The translations under genes were made by a program, and so were the position numbers. DNA of 63,992 nucleotides, the filler included, from an uncultured bacterium (GTDB lineage Bacteria > Auribacterota > CAZIXI01): NCBI GenBank assembly GCA_964543115.1. It is 6 parts of 6 records of this genome, joined end to end, with 100 filler letters (N's around TTAATTAATTAA, not from the genome) between each part and the next. Parts side by side here need not be neighbours in the genome. Positions count along the whole stretch, not along the records: positions 1 to 10,934 come from CAZIXI010000110.1; positions 11,035 to 21,712 come from CAZIXI010000111.1; 4 more parts are not named here. One strand, 5' to 3'. Below, one piece after another: positions 9,972 to 21,812 of this stretch (position 1 is its first letter; each line of letters starts with the position of its first letter). The notes under the pieces were generated by a model that ran no database searches, had not been told where the DNA came from, and saw only the letters and a list, made by a program, of their open reading frames with translations.

Positions 9972-10439
9972 ATGAATATTAAGGAGATTAAAGAGATTAT
10001 CGAGTTAATGAAAGAGAATCACCTGAGTGAGTTTGAGATGGAACGTGATGGATTGCGTCTGAGCTTAAAAAGGGGCCGTTTAGGTGAGCCGGAAATAGTC
10101 AGCATTGCTCAGGCTCCGTTAGCCGTTGCTCCGGCGGGATCAGCTGCCGCACACGTCCAATCCTTACCGACAGCAGCAGTAGAAACTCTCCCTGACAATG
10201 TAACAACCATTGAATCGCCGATTGTCGGTACGTTTTATGCTTCTCCCTCTCCGGATGCTGCTTCTTACATTGTAGTTGGACAGGAAGTTGAGCCTAATGA
10301 TGTAGTTTGTATCATTGAAGCGATGAAGGTCATGAATGAGATAAAGGCCGAGGTCCGGGGGAGGATTAAGGAGATACTTGTTAAAAATGGTGAAGCGGTT
10401 GAGTATGGTCATCCATTGTTTCTGGTAGAGAAAAGGTAA
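9972..10439 (+). CDS. accB: Acetyl-CoA carboxylase biotin carboxyl carrier protein
   Basis: Motifs SPIVGTFY.SP and the EAMKVMNEI biotinylation site. Confidence 0.97.
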   Translation: MNIKEIKEIIELMKENHLSEFEMERDGLRLSLKRGRLGEPEIVSIAQAPLAVAPAGSAAAHVQSLPTAAVETLPDNVTTIESPIVGTFYASPSPDAASYIVVGQEVEPNDVVCIIEAMKVMNEIKAEVRGRIKEILVKNGEAVEYGHPLFLVEKR

Positions 10440-10442
10440 GCT

Positions 10443-10934
10443 ATGTTTGAAAAAATTCTTATTGCTAACCGTGGCGAAATTGCCCTGCGCATTATTCAGG
10501 CCTGCCGGGAATTAGAGATCTCGACCGTTGCTGTTTATTCGAAGGCTGATAAAGATGCGCTATTTGTAAAACTTTCCGACGAATCCGTCTGTATTGGCGC
10601 CCCCCCCAGTATTAACAGTTATCTCCATATACCGGCCATTATCAGTGCGGCAGAAATAACTGATGTTGAGGCAATTCATCCCGGATACGGATTCCTGGCA
10701 GAGAATAGCCATTTTGCGGAAATCTGTGAAAGCTGTAATATAAAATTCATCGGACCGACTCCGGAGAATATTAAAGTTATGGGTGATAAGGCTGAGGCCC
10801 GGCGTATTGCCAAGAAGGTGGGGGCCCCGATTGTGCCGGGTTCTGACGGTCCGGTAGAAACTAAAGAGGATGCCTTAAAGGTGGCCAAAAAGGTTGGTTA
10901 TCCGGTAGTGGTTAAGGCGGTAGCCGGCGGAGGC
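10443..10934 (+). CDS. accC: Biotin carboxylase, 3' truncated at the contig end
   Basis: Motifs [34 protein letters not shown]. Confidence 0.96.
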
Positions 10935-11034
10935 NNNNNNNNNNNNNNNNNNNNNNNNNNNNNNNNNNNNNNNNNNNNTTAATTAATTAANNNNNNNNNN
11001 NNNNNNNNNNNNNNNNNNNNNNNNNNNNNNNNNN
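10935..11034. other. Artificial contig-joining spacer N44-TTAATTAATTAA-N44 (also 21713-21812, 32401-32500, 43071-43170, 53577-53676)
   Basis: Identical 100-nt structure five times. Genes are cut on both sides, and internal contig lengths fall steadily (10678, 10588, 10570, 10406). Confidence 0.98.
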
Positions 11035-14000
11035 TTCCGCTAATTTTCCGCTCCTTCCTTCTTTCGCTCCTTTTTCTAATTCATAAAAACCACCTTCCTT
11101 GTTGTCTTTGTATTTATTATTGAACAGCTTATCAATAAGGGCTGCGGAAATAACCCCCACCCTAAAAGCAATCCGGCCATTGGTTCTGGCCATTTCACCT
11201 TTCCATTGGTTATAATTACCAACACCAAGTTTTATTCCCTGTTCTTCCAGCTTAAGATTAAATTTTCCCAGCTCTTCCCTAATTGCCAGAATACTCTTCT
11301 CAGCGTTTTCCTTTTTCTGCTTTAAGACTTCTAATTGTTCATTTTTCTGTTTTAAGCCCAATTCCTCGATAATAACCGTACGGCGATAAATACCAATAAC
11401 GTTGAAAACGCTCATTTCTTCCCTCAAACCAAAATGTTTTATTTTAAGTTCCCTTTCTTGTGCAATGTAGTTGTATTCTTTTACTGCTTCTTTCGCCTCT
11501 TTTAATTTTTCTGTTTCCAAAGCGTAAGCGGTAAGAATGTTCTTAAGGGCGGGAATACTATCTATAAAACTAAACACCGCCGCTGCTGATTCAATATTCT
11601 CTTTATTGGCCAACATATCTTCAGGGTTCCAGGAAAGTTCTTTTAAGTCACCGTATTTAGTCAGTGCTTCAGAATATAATAGCCCCATTTCAATTCCTAC
11701 ATTTTTGCTGGTACTCAGCACAGCTAATCCGCCCTCATAGGCTTCTCCTTTATCCAGTATATCGCCGCGCGTTAGACAGAGTTTCATGACCTCATAGTTA
11801 CCGCTTTGATAGGCGCTGTAGGCTTCCAGTGTCGCCTGATATTCCTTGTTAAGTGCTCCACCACCAGCAGCAGCAGTAAAATCATAATTGGGCACTTCAT
11901 TCACCTTATTATAAAGCGTAACCAAGTCACCGGCCTCCCCCAACAGCTGGTCGATTTCCGCACCTTCATAACCAAGCTCGGCCATTAATTTCTCCGCTAA
12001 TTCTACCCGCTTTTCAACGTCAGCTTCAATATTGCCCAGCACCTCCACTCTTTTTGCACTACCCGCCACAGAGGCATCTTTTGGCTCAAGATCCGCCATT
12101 TGCGCAGTGAGTGAATCTATCTTGATGGTGCGTTCCATCGCAGCAAAGATTTTTGTCGCCTCATCTGGCTCACCCGCCTGGAGTTTTCTATATCCCTGCT
12201 TGATCTTACCCATAAACTGGTAAGCATCATAGGAAACAATCCCGCCAGGGCTTTTCTCACCTTCCTCCAGCCAGGAATTAAAGGCAATTACGGTCGCTTC
12301 CAGTTTGGCATAGGCGCTATATTCTGTAAAAGCAGTTGCTGCTTCCTCATAATCACCGGCTAATAATGATGCTCTTGCCTCATTCAATTTAGAGCCTTGC
12401 GTTTCTACTAGTTCACTGAATGACACTCCCATATCAGTTAACAGTTTGTTCGCATATTCCTCCAGTTTCGGCTCTTTACCTTCAGCCTTCATCTCATAAC
12501 TCAACCTCGCTTCCAGGTACCCCTGTATTTGCTGCGCCTTGCCCAGCAGCTGCATAGCACCCTCAAAATCACCTTCTGCTGCCCGATCCTGTGCCTGCTC
12601 ATAGAGGATCATTTCTTCTGCTATTAGTTGTTTATCCCCTTCATTGTGCACAACTTCACTCATTAAAAGGCCTTTTTGCTTGCCTTCCGCCCTTTTCACC
12701 TTATCATACTTAAATTTTGCCAGCAGGTACTCTGCTTCCCGCACCCGCGGTTTTACCGCTAAGATTATATTCACCTTATCCAGAACATTGTCAGTCTGTT
12801 GAACTTTCTCCAATACTTGCAGAACAGACGTTTTTGCTTCTACAAATTGTTTTCTTTCCGCATCATTAGGTCCCAAATCATCCAGACTTTTCGTAGTAAC
12901 TGAAATTACCCCGGTCATCAGCAGATCAGCAGCTTCCGCGTACTTACCGGCCAATGTATAATTGCCGTTTTCCATGTTCTCTACAGCTGCTGCCAAAATA
13001 GTGCGGGCCTGTAATTTTGCTTCAAGGGAAAGTGTTAGCGCCGCTTTCGTCTCATCATGAGCATCTTTAGCCAACTTAGGCAGAATAGGAGATATTAAAT
13101 TCAGCACCACAATTGCCGTCTCCTGATTGATGATGAAATTCTCGTTCTTGTAAATACTACCGGCAACCCTCAGGGAAGAATTCATCTGGCCCAACAGCTC
13201 CTGAGCGTGATTTAGGTCGTCAACACTCAATTCTCCCTTACTAAGAATAGCAGATAATTCCGCATCCTTTTCTTTCGCGCTTTCCAATAAACCAGCGGCT
13301 TTTTCTGTTTGCGCTTTGCCTTCTTCTATTCGCTCCTGCTGTTCCTTACTGTAGAGACCCTTTGCCTGCTCATACTTTTCAGCTGTTTCTTTATAATCCT
13401 TTTCTGTTTTTTCCAGCTTTGACTCCCGATACGTATAATCCATTTTGCCGACAAGCAGATTAACAAGCTTTGCTTCTCTGGTAAACGCCTCCAGATCTGA
13501 TTCATTAACTAAATCATAGGTAACTGTATTTTCCAGCGCTGCTGCTTTAAGCTTAATATCTTCATATATCTCTTTTCCTGCAGCAGCATCACCATTACCC
13601 AGGGCCTCAAATAATTCCTGCTGTTTTTTCCCTCCTTCAAAACCCTCTAGGATAAACTGTGAACGCACAAGCGCCAATGCCGTAGCCGCGCGATCCAGCG
13701 CCGTTAGCCCCTCCGCGGAAAGAATATCTTTATCGCTAATAACATAATCTGCAAGATCAGCAATGGCAATTATCAGAAACTCCATTTTATTGGCATTATT
13801 CTCAACAACTTCGGCAACCTTTGCCTCATCCAGGTCGGCAATCATATTGGCCAGACCTTCCACTTCATCCACAACTGAAATCAGTATGTCCGCCGCCTGC
13901 AGGGCTTCAGACAAGGCAGTTGATACTTCGCCGGTTTCCGGCGTCTGTGCATAAACATCATATAAATTTTCTATAGCCAGGATAACAGCTGCTTCGATAT

Positions 14001-17000
14001 TCTCTAGATCCAAATTATCTTCTAATTTATCTTCTATCGCCTTCTGCAGTGGAGCTAATGCCATGCCAACATCGCGGATTTTACCGGTTTTTAATTTTTC
14101 ACCAAGATCGGCAAGCTTGAGGAAAGCCTGTGTCCTAATATGTGAATTCCTTCCTTTCTCCAATACCCCGGACAACTCACTTAATCCCGCGGATCCTTTT
14201 CTAAGAACAGCCTTTAACTTCCCAATGTTCGCTTTCTGCGCTGTCAAGGTTTTGCTGACCTCTTCCTTGTCCACGCCGGCAACCTTAACCGCTACCTCTT
14301 TTATCCCCGCTAATGTTGCTTTTCTAAGATTACGTTCGTTCGCCGCGTAATTAGCATGCGCTACATGGCTATCCAAATTCTTCTCTACCTCATCCAGATC
14401 CTTGGAACTAATAATCCTGTCATAGGATTCTTTAATTGTCGCGGCCTGACCAAGATAACCCTGGGCCGCTTCCACATCATCAGCCATGACGGCAAACCAG
14501 GCTAATCCAAGGTTGACGGATATACTGCCAGCCAGGTCTACTCCTAGTTCCTGAGATTCCTCTCTCATCTCCTCACTAACGGCAAGCTTACTAAATTCAT
14601 ACTGCTGCTCAACAATACTCATCACCGTTGAGGCCTTACTAAACAATTCATTGGCCTGCTGATAGTCCTCATTTTTAAGATTCTCAAAGCCCCGTTCAAT
14701 AAGATCATCCACCATGTTTTCTTTGGTTCCCATAAATAAAGCATCATATTTACCCGTGCTTAACCTGATTTTTGTTATAGATGCTCCCATCGCTCCCTGA
14801 CGCGCTTTCACCTGCACACGCAGTTCCGCCGCCCTGCCCCAATCACCAGTACGAATAGCATCCCCGTAGGCTGATACTAGTTTTGTCGTCTCCCGCTGGA
14901 ACTCATCAATTCCCGTACCATTCTTATTCTTCTCAGTTATGGTATTTTTCCTCACAAGCTCTTCTAGCCCGGCTTTGTTAAACTTCGGATCTCCCATCAT
15001 CTTTTTATTTGCCGCATCGGTCTCTCTCTGGGAGATCGCATCCATCGCCATCGACGCCTTATCAAAATAACCTTGCGCGGAACCGAAATTACCGGCAGTG
15101 AATTCGTTATATCCTGATTTAAATTGGCTAATCGCCACTAAACAATCTACTTCATTCAGGACAATATCTCTCCAGGCAGCATTATCGTAATCTTTCTTAC
15201 GGGCACCAATAGTCATTGCCGTACTGACAAGCTTGGCAGTAGTGGCATTAAATGTCTGCAGAGAATCAAGACAGCTTAAACTGGCTATCCGTTCTTCCAG
15301 ATTAAGGTCCTGATTGCTCCAAATTCTTATGAGATTCTTATTGGTACTGATGAAAGCCTGCTTTTGTGCTTTCAAAATCTCTGCCGCCTCTGTTAAGGCC
15401 GCTTCTTCGGTTATCCCTTTCGCCAGCATAATCCCCTTAGCCATATTCTTCTGTGCCGTACCGTCATTTATGCTCTTCTGCATACCCGCCCAGGCCAGGC
15501 CCACGGTACCGGAATCCGTAAATTGCATTGTCTTGGCGATGGCCGCGCCGAGCTGACCCATTAAATAATAATTACCCACCTCTGCCGCGGCAAAGAACTG
15601 ATCCATTTGCTGCAAGGCAATTTCACTCTTGGCAATCTCCGCGGCAAGTATCTCTGACTCTTTCATGCCCAAACCCGTAGTTTCTTCAGTGATCTGGAAC
15701 ACTTTCATCCCCGCGCCAAATATAGTTTCAGCCCAGCCTTCCGCTTGGGAAATCAGACCGGCCTCTAATTCCAGAGTAGCTTTCCTGACATTAGCCTTAA
15801 CATATGTATCGGTGGCTTTCATTATAGTATCCATACCCTGAATCAGACTGGAATGGGTCTTAAAGGCATCGCTGACCAGGTCATCCTGTACTGCTTCCTT
15901 ATCATCAAGATATTTAACCAAATGGGCTTGAAATCCCTTAGCGTCCTCTGCCAGGCTGCCCTCAGCGGATTTTATGGCCTGAGTAACTTTTTGCAGTTTT
16001 TCTCGCGCCTGCGCGACAACGGCAAGCAGAGTTTCCTTCTGCTCGCTGGTTAATGACACCTCAACTTCTTCACCCTTGGAATCAAGCACATGCAGCATAC
16101 CCTGCTCAGCGAATTTCTCCAACTTATCCAATCTTTCGCCGGCAGCAGCTGAGTCTTTGTACATTGCGTCAAAGGATTGCAGATTATCCAGTGTGCTCTT
16201 GGCATAACCTAAGGCATCAGCAAATCTGAGCAATCTGCCTTCTGTTGGTTCATCGCCAAGTTCACCAATAGACCCCTTGACGGCAGCGTCATATTCCTGT
16301 CTGACTTTTTCTAATCCGGCATTCGTCATTTGTTTATTTTCCGTTTTTTCTATGTCTACCAGCGCAAATACCCCGCCCAGCAACCTGCTGGCCTTATTCC
16401 CCGCCTCAATAATATTCTGGCTGCCTTTTGAAGTGGAAACCTTATTCATATTATCAACAAAAGAAGACAACATATTTCCCAGCGCCTTCTCTTCATCAGG
16501 CTCCATCTCACTGACAAGCTTAGCTAATTTTTCCTTGCTGTCTTTACTCTTGTACTGATCAGCGTACTGACCCAAAGTATCTACCATCATGAACGTTCCC
16601 ACCTGTTTATCCAATTCAGACAACAGCGCTGTATCCGTTTTTTCTTTGTTAAATATATCATCCGCTATCTGATTACCAATACCTATCGCGCTGTTTACAA
16701 TACCAATAAAGGAACCGTAAGTAAGATTAACCCGCACATCTGTGGGCACACCTAAGGCATGAAGCACCTCAGAAATTCCTCCCGCCTTCCCCAGAGCCGC
16801 TTCAAAAGCCTCTTTACCTTTGTACTTTTCAGAATTTAACAGATTACCCAGTTTTGCCAGTAATTCCATTCCCTGTTTCTTAGCGATCGCATCCTCACCA
16901 TCTTCCAGCAGGCTCTCCAGAGTCATTCCTGCCTTCTCTTTTTCTTCCTTTTCCTTCCTTTCCGCATCGCTAAGCTCACTATCAGCTTTTGTAAATAGTT

Positions 17001-20000
17001 CCAGGTCAGCAGCCGCCTCCATAATCATGCCGCGGGCCATAGTATAGTCAGTATAAGAAAGTTTCGACATTTTAATACCTTTATTATTCTTTTCACTTGC
17101 CGCCTCTTTCAGCCCCTTCAGGCCCTTACCAACCTCATCAAGCGTCATCCCGCCTAACGCCTTTAACAGAAATTGACCAATAACACTCTGTCTTAACTCA
17201 TCGACATTTCTTTGCATAATAACATCCGCCGCCCGGTATAAATTAACCGCCTCACCTAATTTGTCATAGACGGCATCCGTTACCTTACCGGCACTCGCCA
17301 CATCACTGAGCGCCGCGGACATATGCGCATCGCCTTGAGCCATATTCTGTTGATAACTACCCTTCGGCGGTACTTTCAGGCCTAGGTCTGTTTCCGCTTT
17401 TGCTACTATCCAACCCGCCTGACCGATCCCTAAACTTCTCTGCATGAAATTTTCTATTCTGGGCAGTATTTGACCAACTCTCTTCTGCGCTGCTTTTATT
17501 CTATTGCCAATAGTATCCAACAGATCATTTACCGGCTGTAAGGTGGCCTGCGCCCGGTCCCAGTCACCGGTTAAGAAGGTTACCGCGGCTTCATTGATAA
17601 TATCAGCTGCTTGGCCAAACATCCCCTTCACGCCCTTTAATTTTCCGACTGCTTGCTTCAGATCTTCCCTAATAGTTACGGCCGCTTCCGCTTTGCCCTT
17701 CATTTCTTTTACCGCGCCTTCGGCATATTCCTTGGTCACTGTTGTGGCAATTTGCACAGCTTTAGCAGGGTTCCGCAATAAAAGCACTGCACCCGCAGCC
17801 ACAACTGTTTTGGTTTCAACCTGTTTACCCGCCTCTTTATCAACCTTCTGCACAAAAGTATACTTCTGCACCTTGACGCCCTTTACCTGTTTTTGCTGTT
17901 TATTCTTGCTAACATCCGCCTGTAAAATCTGTAAAGCAGTAGAAACAATCTTAGTAAAATGTGTCATTGCCTCTATATCGCCACTGGCAACTGCTAATTT
18001 AAGCTCTTTGGCTAAGGCGTCAGCTACCAGCGCCACCCGGTTCTTTGCCGAAGGGGATCGGCCATTCTTTTGGGCGTTTTCCGCTCTTCGCAAATGTCTT
18101 CTTACGGTACCCTTCATTTTATCTAATTGCTTGAAGACGCCGATGGTCCCGTAATAAGCAAGGGCATTGCTAAAATGCCTGTTGGCGGCAGCAGTGCTGA
18201 CCTGCACGGCGGTTATCGCCTTGTTCAGTTCTACCTCCGCCTGGGTCATTACTGTTTGTTTGAGGTTTTTATCCCGAATTCTGGTTGCCTTTGCCTCCGC
18301 TTTCTGTTTAAAGACCTTTACCAACAAATCAAATTGCTGTTTATCACCAGTAACATTCTCTAGCGCAGCCCTTACCTCTGACTGCTTTAACATTTTTCGT
18401 AGATACCTTCTCTGCTTGCCGCTCTTTATACCGCTGGTAAGCATTTTTTCCACGGCCTGCCAATCACCAGCCTTAACCGCATCCCGTACCGGTTTGGACA
18501 TGGAGGCTTTCAAGTCAGTGTTAGCATCATGCACCTTATCAGCAGCTTCCTTGGCCAGATGAGAACCCAGACCGCGTGCCCGGAGACTGCTGACCTCAGC
18601 TAAAAAGGCCTCTTCCTTACTCTGTAAGTTGGTAATGCCGGCAACAACCTCTTTCATCTGCGCTTCCGTGTATTTAATACCGGTTGTTTCCTTCAGTATT
18701 TTGCCTGCCTTCCTAATTTTTCTGTTGCCTTGCTTAACCTTGCCTGCGGCCACAAGCTGCTCGCCTTCCTTATATATACGTGCGGCATAGCGTTCCTTGA
18801 AACGGGAGGCCATACTGGTCATGGTATTAATAATGTAAGCGGTACCCGCCATTTCGCTGTTAATATTTTTCAGATTATATTCATCACCTGACTTCAGGGC
18901 CTGCAGGCCCTTTTCCATTTGATTCCTATAGGTAGTATATTCATTAATCAATCCCTGCAGGATCACAGTCAGTTCTTTTTTCCCTTGCTCATCACCTTCT
19001 TTTAATTCCGCCGGAGCACTTATTCCCAGGGCCTTCATCACTCCTTTCAGCTCTTTTACGCTTAACTGACTGAGGTCTCTAACCTGGCCGTCCTTTACCA
19101 AAATCTTCATCACCTGGCCCAGCCTGGCGCTATAATGCGCTCCCTGATTAAATAAGCCGATAAATCCCAGATCAGGCACGGTACCCAGTGTGCGACCCAA
19201 TTCCGTATAATCGTCACTGGCCACTGCCTGGTAGATATCTTTAACAGCGCCCTGCGCCTTAAAGGCCTGTTCCGCTAAGATTAATAGACTCTCAGCCGGC
19301 ATATCAGTCAGCGCCTTCTCCAGCTGTTCCCTGTTTGCATTATCCTTAAGCGCACTACCAGTAACCATTAAGGTTCTAATAGCTTTAACCGCCTGTTCTT
19401 TGGATATGGTACCGATCTGATATTTCGCGTAGACCTGCGCGATCCCGGCATTAACCGGTGAACTGGCATTTATCACATACTGCGCGGCACCAATATCAGT
19501 CTGCAAATTACCTAATACAACACCCAGTACGGTAAAATCACCGCTATTAAGCGCTGCCTGCGCCGCTTGATAACCGGCGTTTATTTTTGCCTGTAAACCC
19601 AGCAATTCACCGCTTACCGGTTTATTCTGCTGCCGGCGGGCATTAATTGTCTGATTAACGCCGTCTTTCATCAGGCCAGTATTGATAAATGATTCCAGCT
19701 TACCAGCCTGACTCAATGCTGCTTCCAGTTTCATATAATAGGCTGCTTGATCACTCTTATCCAATCTGCCGGCTTTACCGATTATCTGTTTAATCTTCTG
19801 CTGAGCGTTATAGGCGTCTGTCAGTAATGTTTTGTGTTCTGCCAAAGCCGTATCCAGTTTTTCCAGCAGCTGGGCCTTTTCTTCCTGTTTGGCCTCTTTC
19901 ACACCCACAAGTTTAGCTACCTGATTAAGCTCAGTCAGACTAAGCTCGCTGAGGTTACGCCCTTTGATTATGCCGGCAACATCATCAAATAATTTCTCGC

Positions 20001-21712
20001 GGCCGATTGTATCTATTCTAAGTTTTGTAAATCTAAGATCAGCGCTAAAGGCGCGTAACGCCTGCTGCACCACACTGTAATTAACCTTATCCGCATACTG
20101 CGAGAGCAAATTATCCAATCTACTTTTCAATCCGCCAAGCTCAGCACGTAAACTTTCCAGCTCCTGCTGATCTTGCACTGAAAGTTTTTCTCTTTCGCTG
20201 TCTCTTTCTGTTAACGCCTTTAATTTATCCGCTGCCGCTTTATAGGTAGCCATAGTGCCGGTAACCTGATCATTTATGCTTATATTGCCCACAATACTGT
20301 TTAAGCGGCCATAATTTATTCCTTCACAACCGGCAAGGGCAGTCTGGTTAACCGATCCAGCCAACATGTCTTGCACTCCTTTGCCGATTTCCTGTGTCTG
20401 GCCATTGCCGTCTGTAAATCCGGCAGCACCAAACATCCGCACATTACCCACCTTCTGCACCATCCCGCTCCCCACACTATCCTGCCAATCTCCTAATTCC
20501 TCTATCCCGGCATCACCGTTCATCACCTTAAAATACGCCTCATACTGGCCGCGTTGTTCCGCCAGCACACTTGTAATCTCCTCCTGATAACGCTGGTGCT
20601 CTCCCTGCTCCTTTTGTGACACAGGATTCAGTTTCGCGGCCTCACTTTCGCGGTTGGCGGAATTAAGTGCGATGATGGAAGATGGTCTCTCATAAGCCTT
20701 GATTAAAGGAGTAACGGCGGATTGCGCGCCGGCAGCGATCTGAGCCAGCTGGGAAAGACTATAATCGCCTGATTCCAGTTGATAATCTATCTGCTGAGAA
20801 GCGTCCCGGTAAGCGATAACCGCCCTGCGAACCGCGGCAAAATCTGCGTCGCCGAAACCATTATCCTGGAACAACGCCACTAATTCCTGCGGACTATCGG
20901 CTACTTTGTCCACCTTGGGCCGTAAAGTTATCAATGTTATTACTTTTGCCGCCGAACTATATTCATTTACCTGCCGGGCAAATAAACTGGTTTCAAGCAG
21001 TACATCTTCTGTTACCGAAATTTCACCACTGGCAATCTTCCCGGCCAATTCATACATCTTAGCACGGCTTGCGGAAATGCTATTCCCTGATTCATTAGCT
21101 TTTTGCGCCAGGGACCAGATATGTTTTATCTCGGTATCACTAAGACCCTTATACCCCATTTTTTCTAGTTCAGTCCTGGCCTTACCCTGCTCTACACCCA
21201 CGAGCCTGTCCAACATGGATTTATCACCCTCTGTCTGCTGAACCGCTTTTCCAAAAACCGCCATCTCATAACTCCGCACCGCATAAATATTGGTTAAAGC
21301 CATGACTCGGTTCTGTTGGCTAGCGCTGGTATCCGTGCCATCCACCAGCCGAATGGTCTGCAACAACAATTCATTTCTTAATTTATTTAATTGCGGATTA
21401 TCACTTGGCGGCATACCTGAACCCAATAAACCAATTACCTTATCCGCCTGGGCGATACGCAACATTATTTTCTGGGCCTTTTCTTCATTGCCCTGTAAGG
21501 ATTCCGCTACCATCTCCTGCATCAGCGCGTCGCGCTCGTCCAGCAGGAAGCCAAAAGCCGGATCCTGCATCACCTCTTTATTGAACCCAGTCCGGTCAAC
21601 AACCTTTGCCGCCAAATAGAGCGGCATCTTTTGTATCAACTTCTCTTCTTCACCAGTCAATACAGCTATTGCCTCTCCCTTTATCTCCAGCAATTCTTCC
21701 CTAATCTGTCCG
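11035..21712 (-). CDS. Fragment of a giant alpha-helical protein (at least 3559 aa), open at both contig ends
   Basis: No stop in this frame across the whole 10678-bp contig; A/E/K/L/Q/G-rich with recurrent G[DN][YFW]xxA helical-hairpin motifs. Confidence 0.92.
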
Positions 21713-21812
21713 NNNNNNNNNNNNNNNNNNNNNNNNNNNNNNNNNNNNNNNNNNNNTTAATTAATTAANNNNNNNNNNNNNNNNNNNNNNNNNNNNNNNN
21801 NNNNNNNNNNNN

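Noticed and set aside
11537..21619. Numerous plus-strand ORFs (for example 17504-18154) opposite the giant gene
   Set aside because: Antisense shadows of a long coding frame: S/A/F-rich, with no RBS or motifs.
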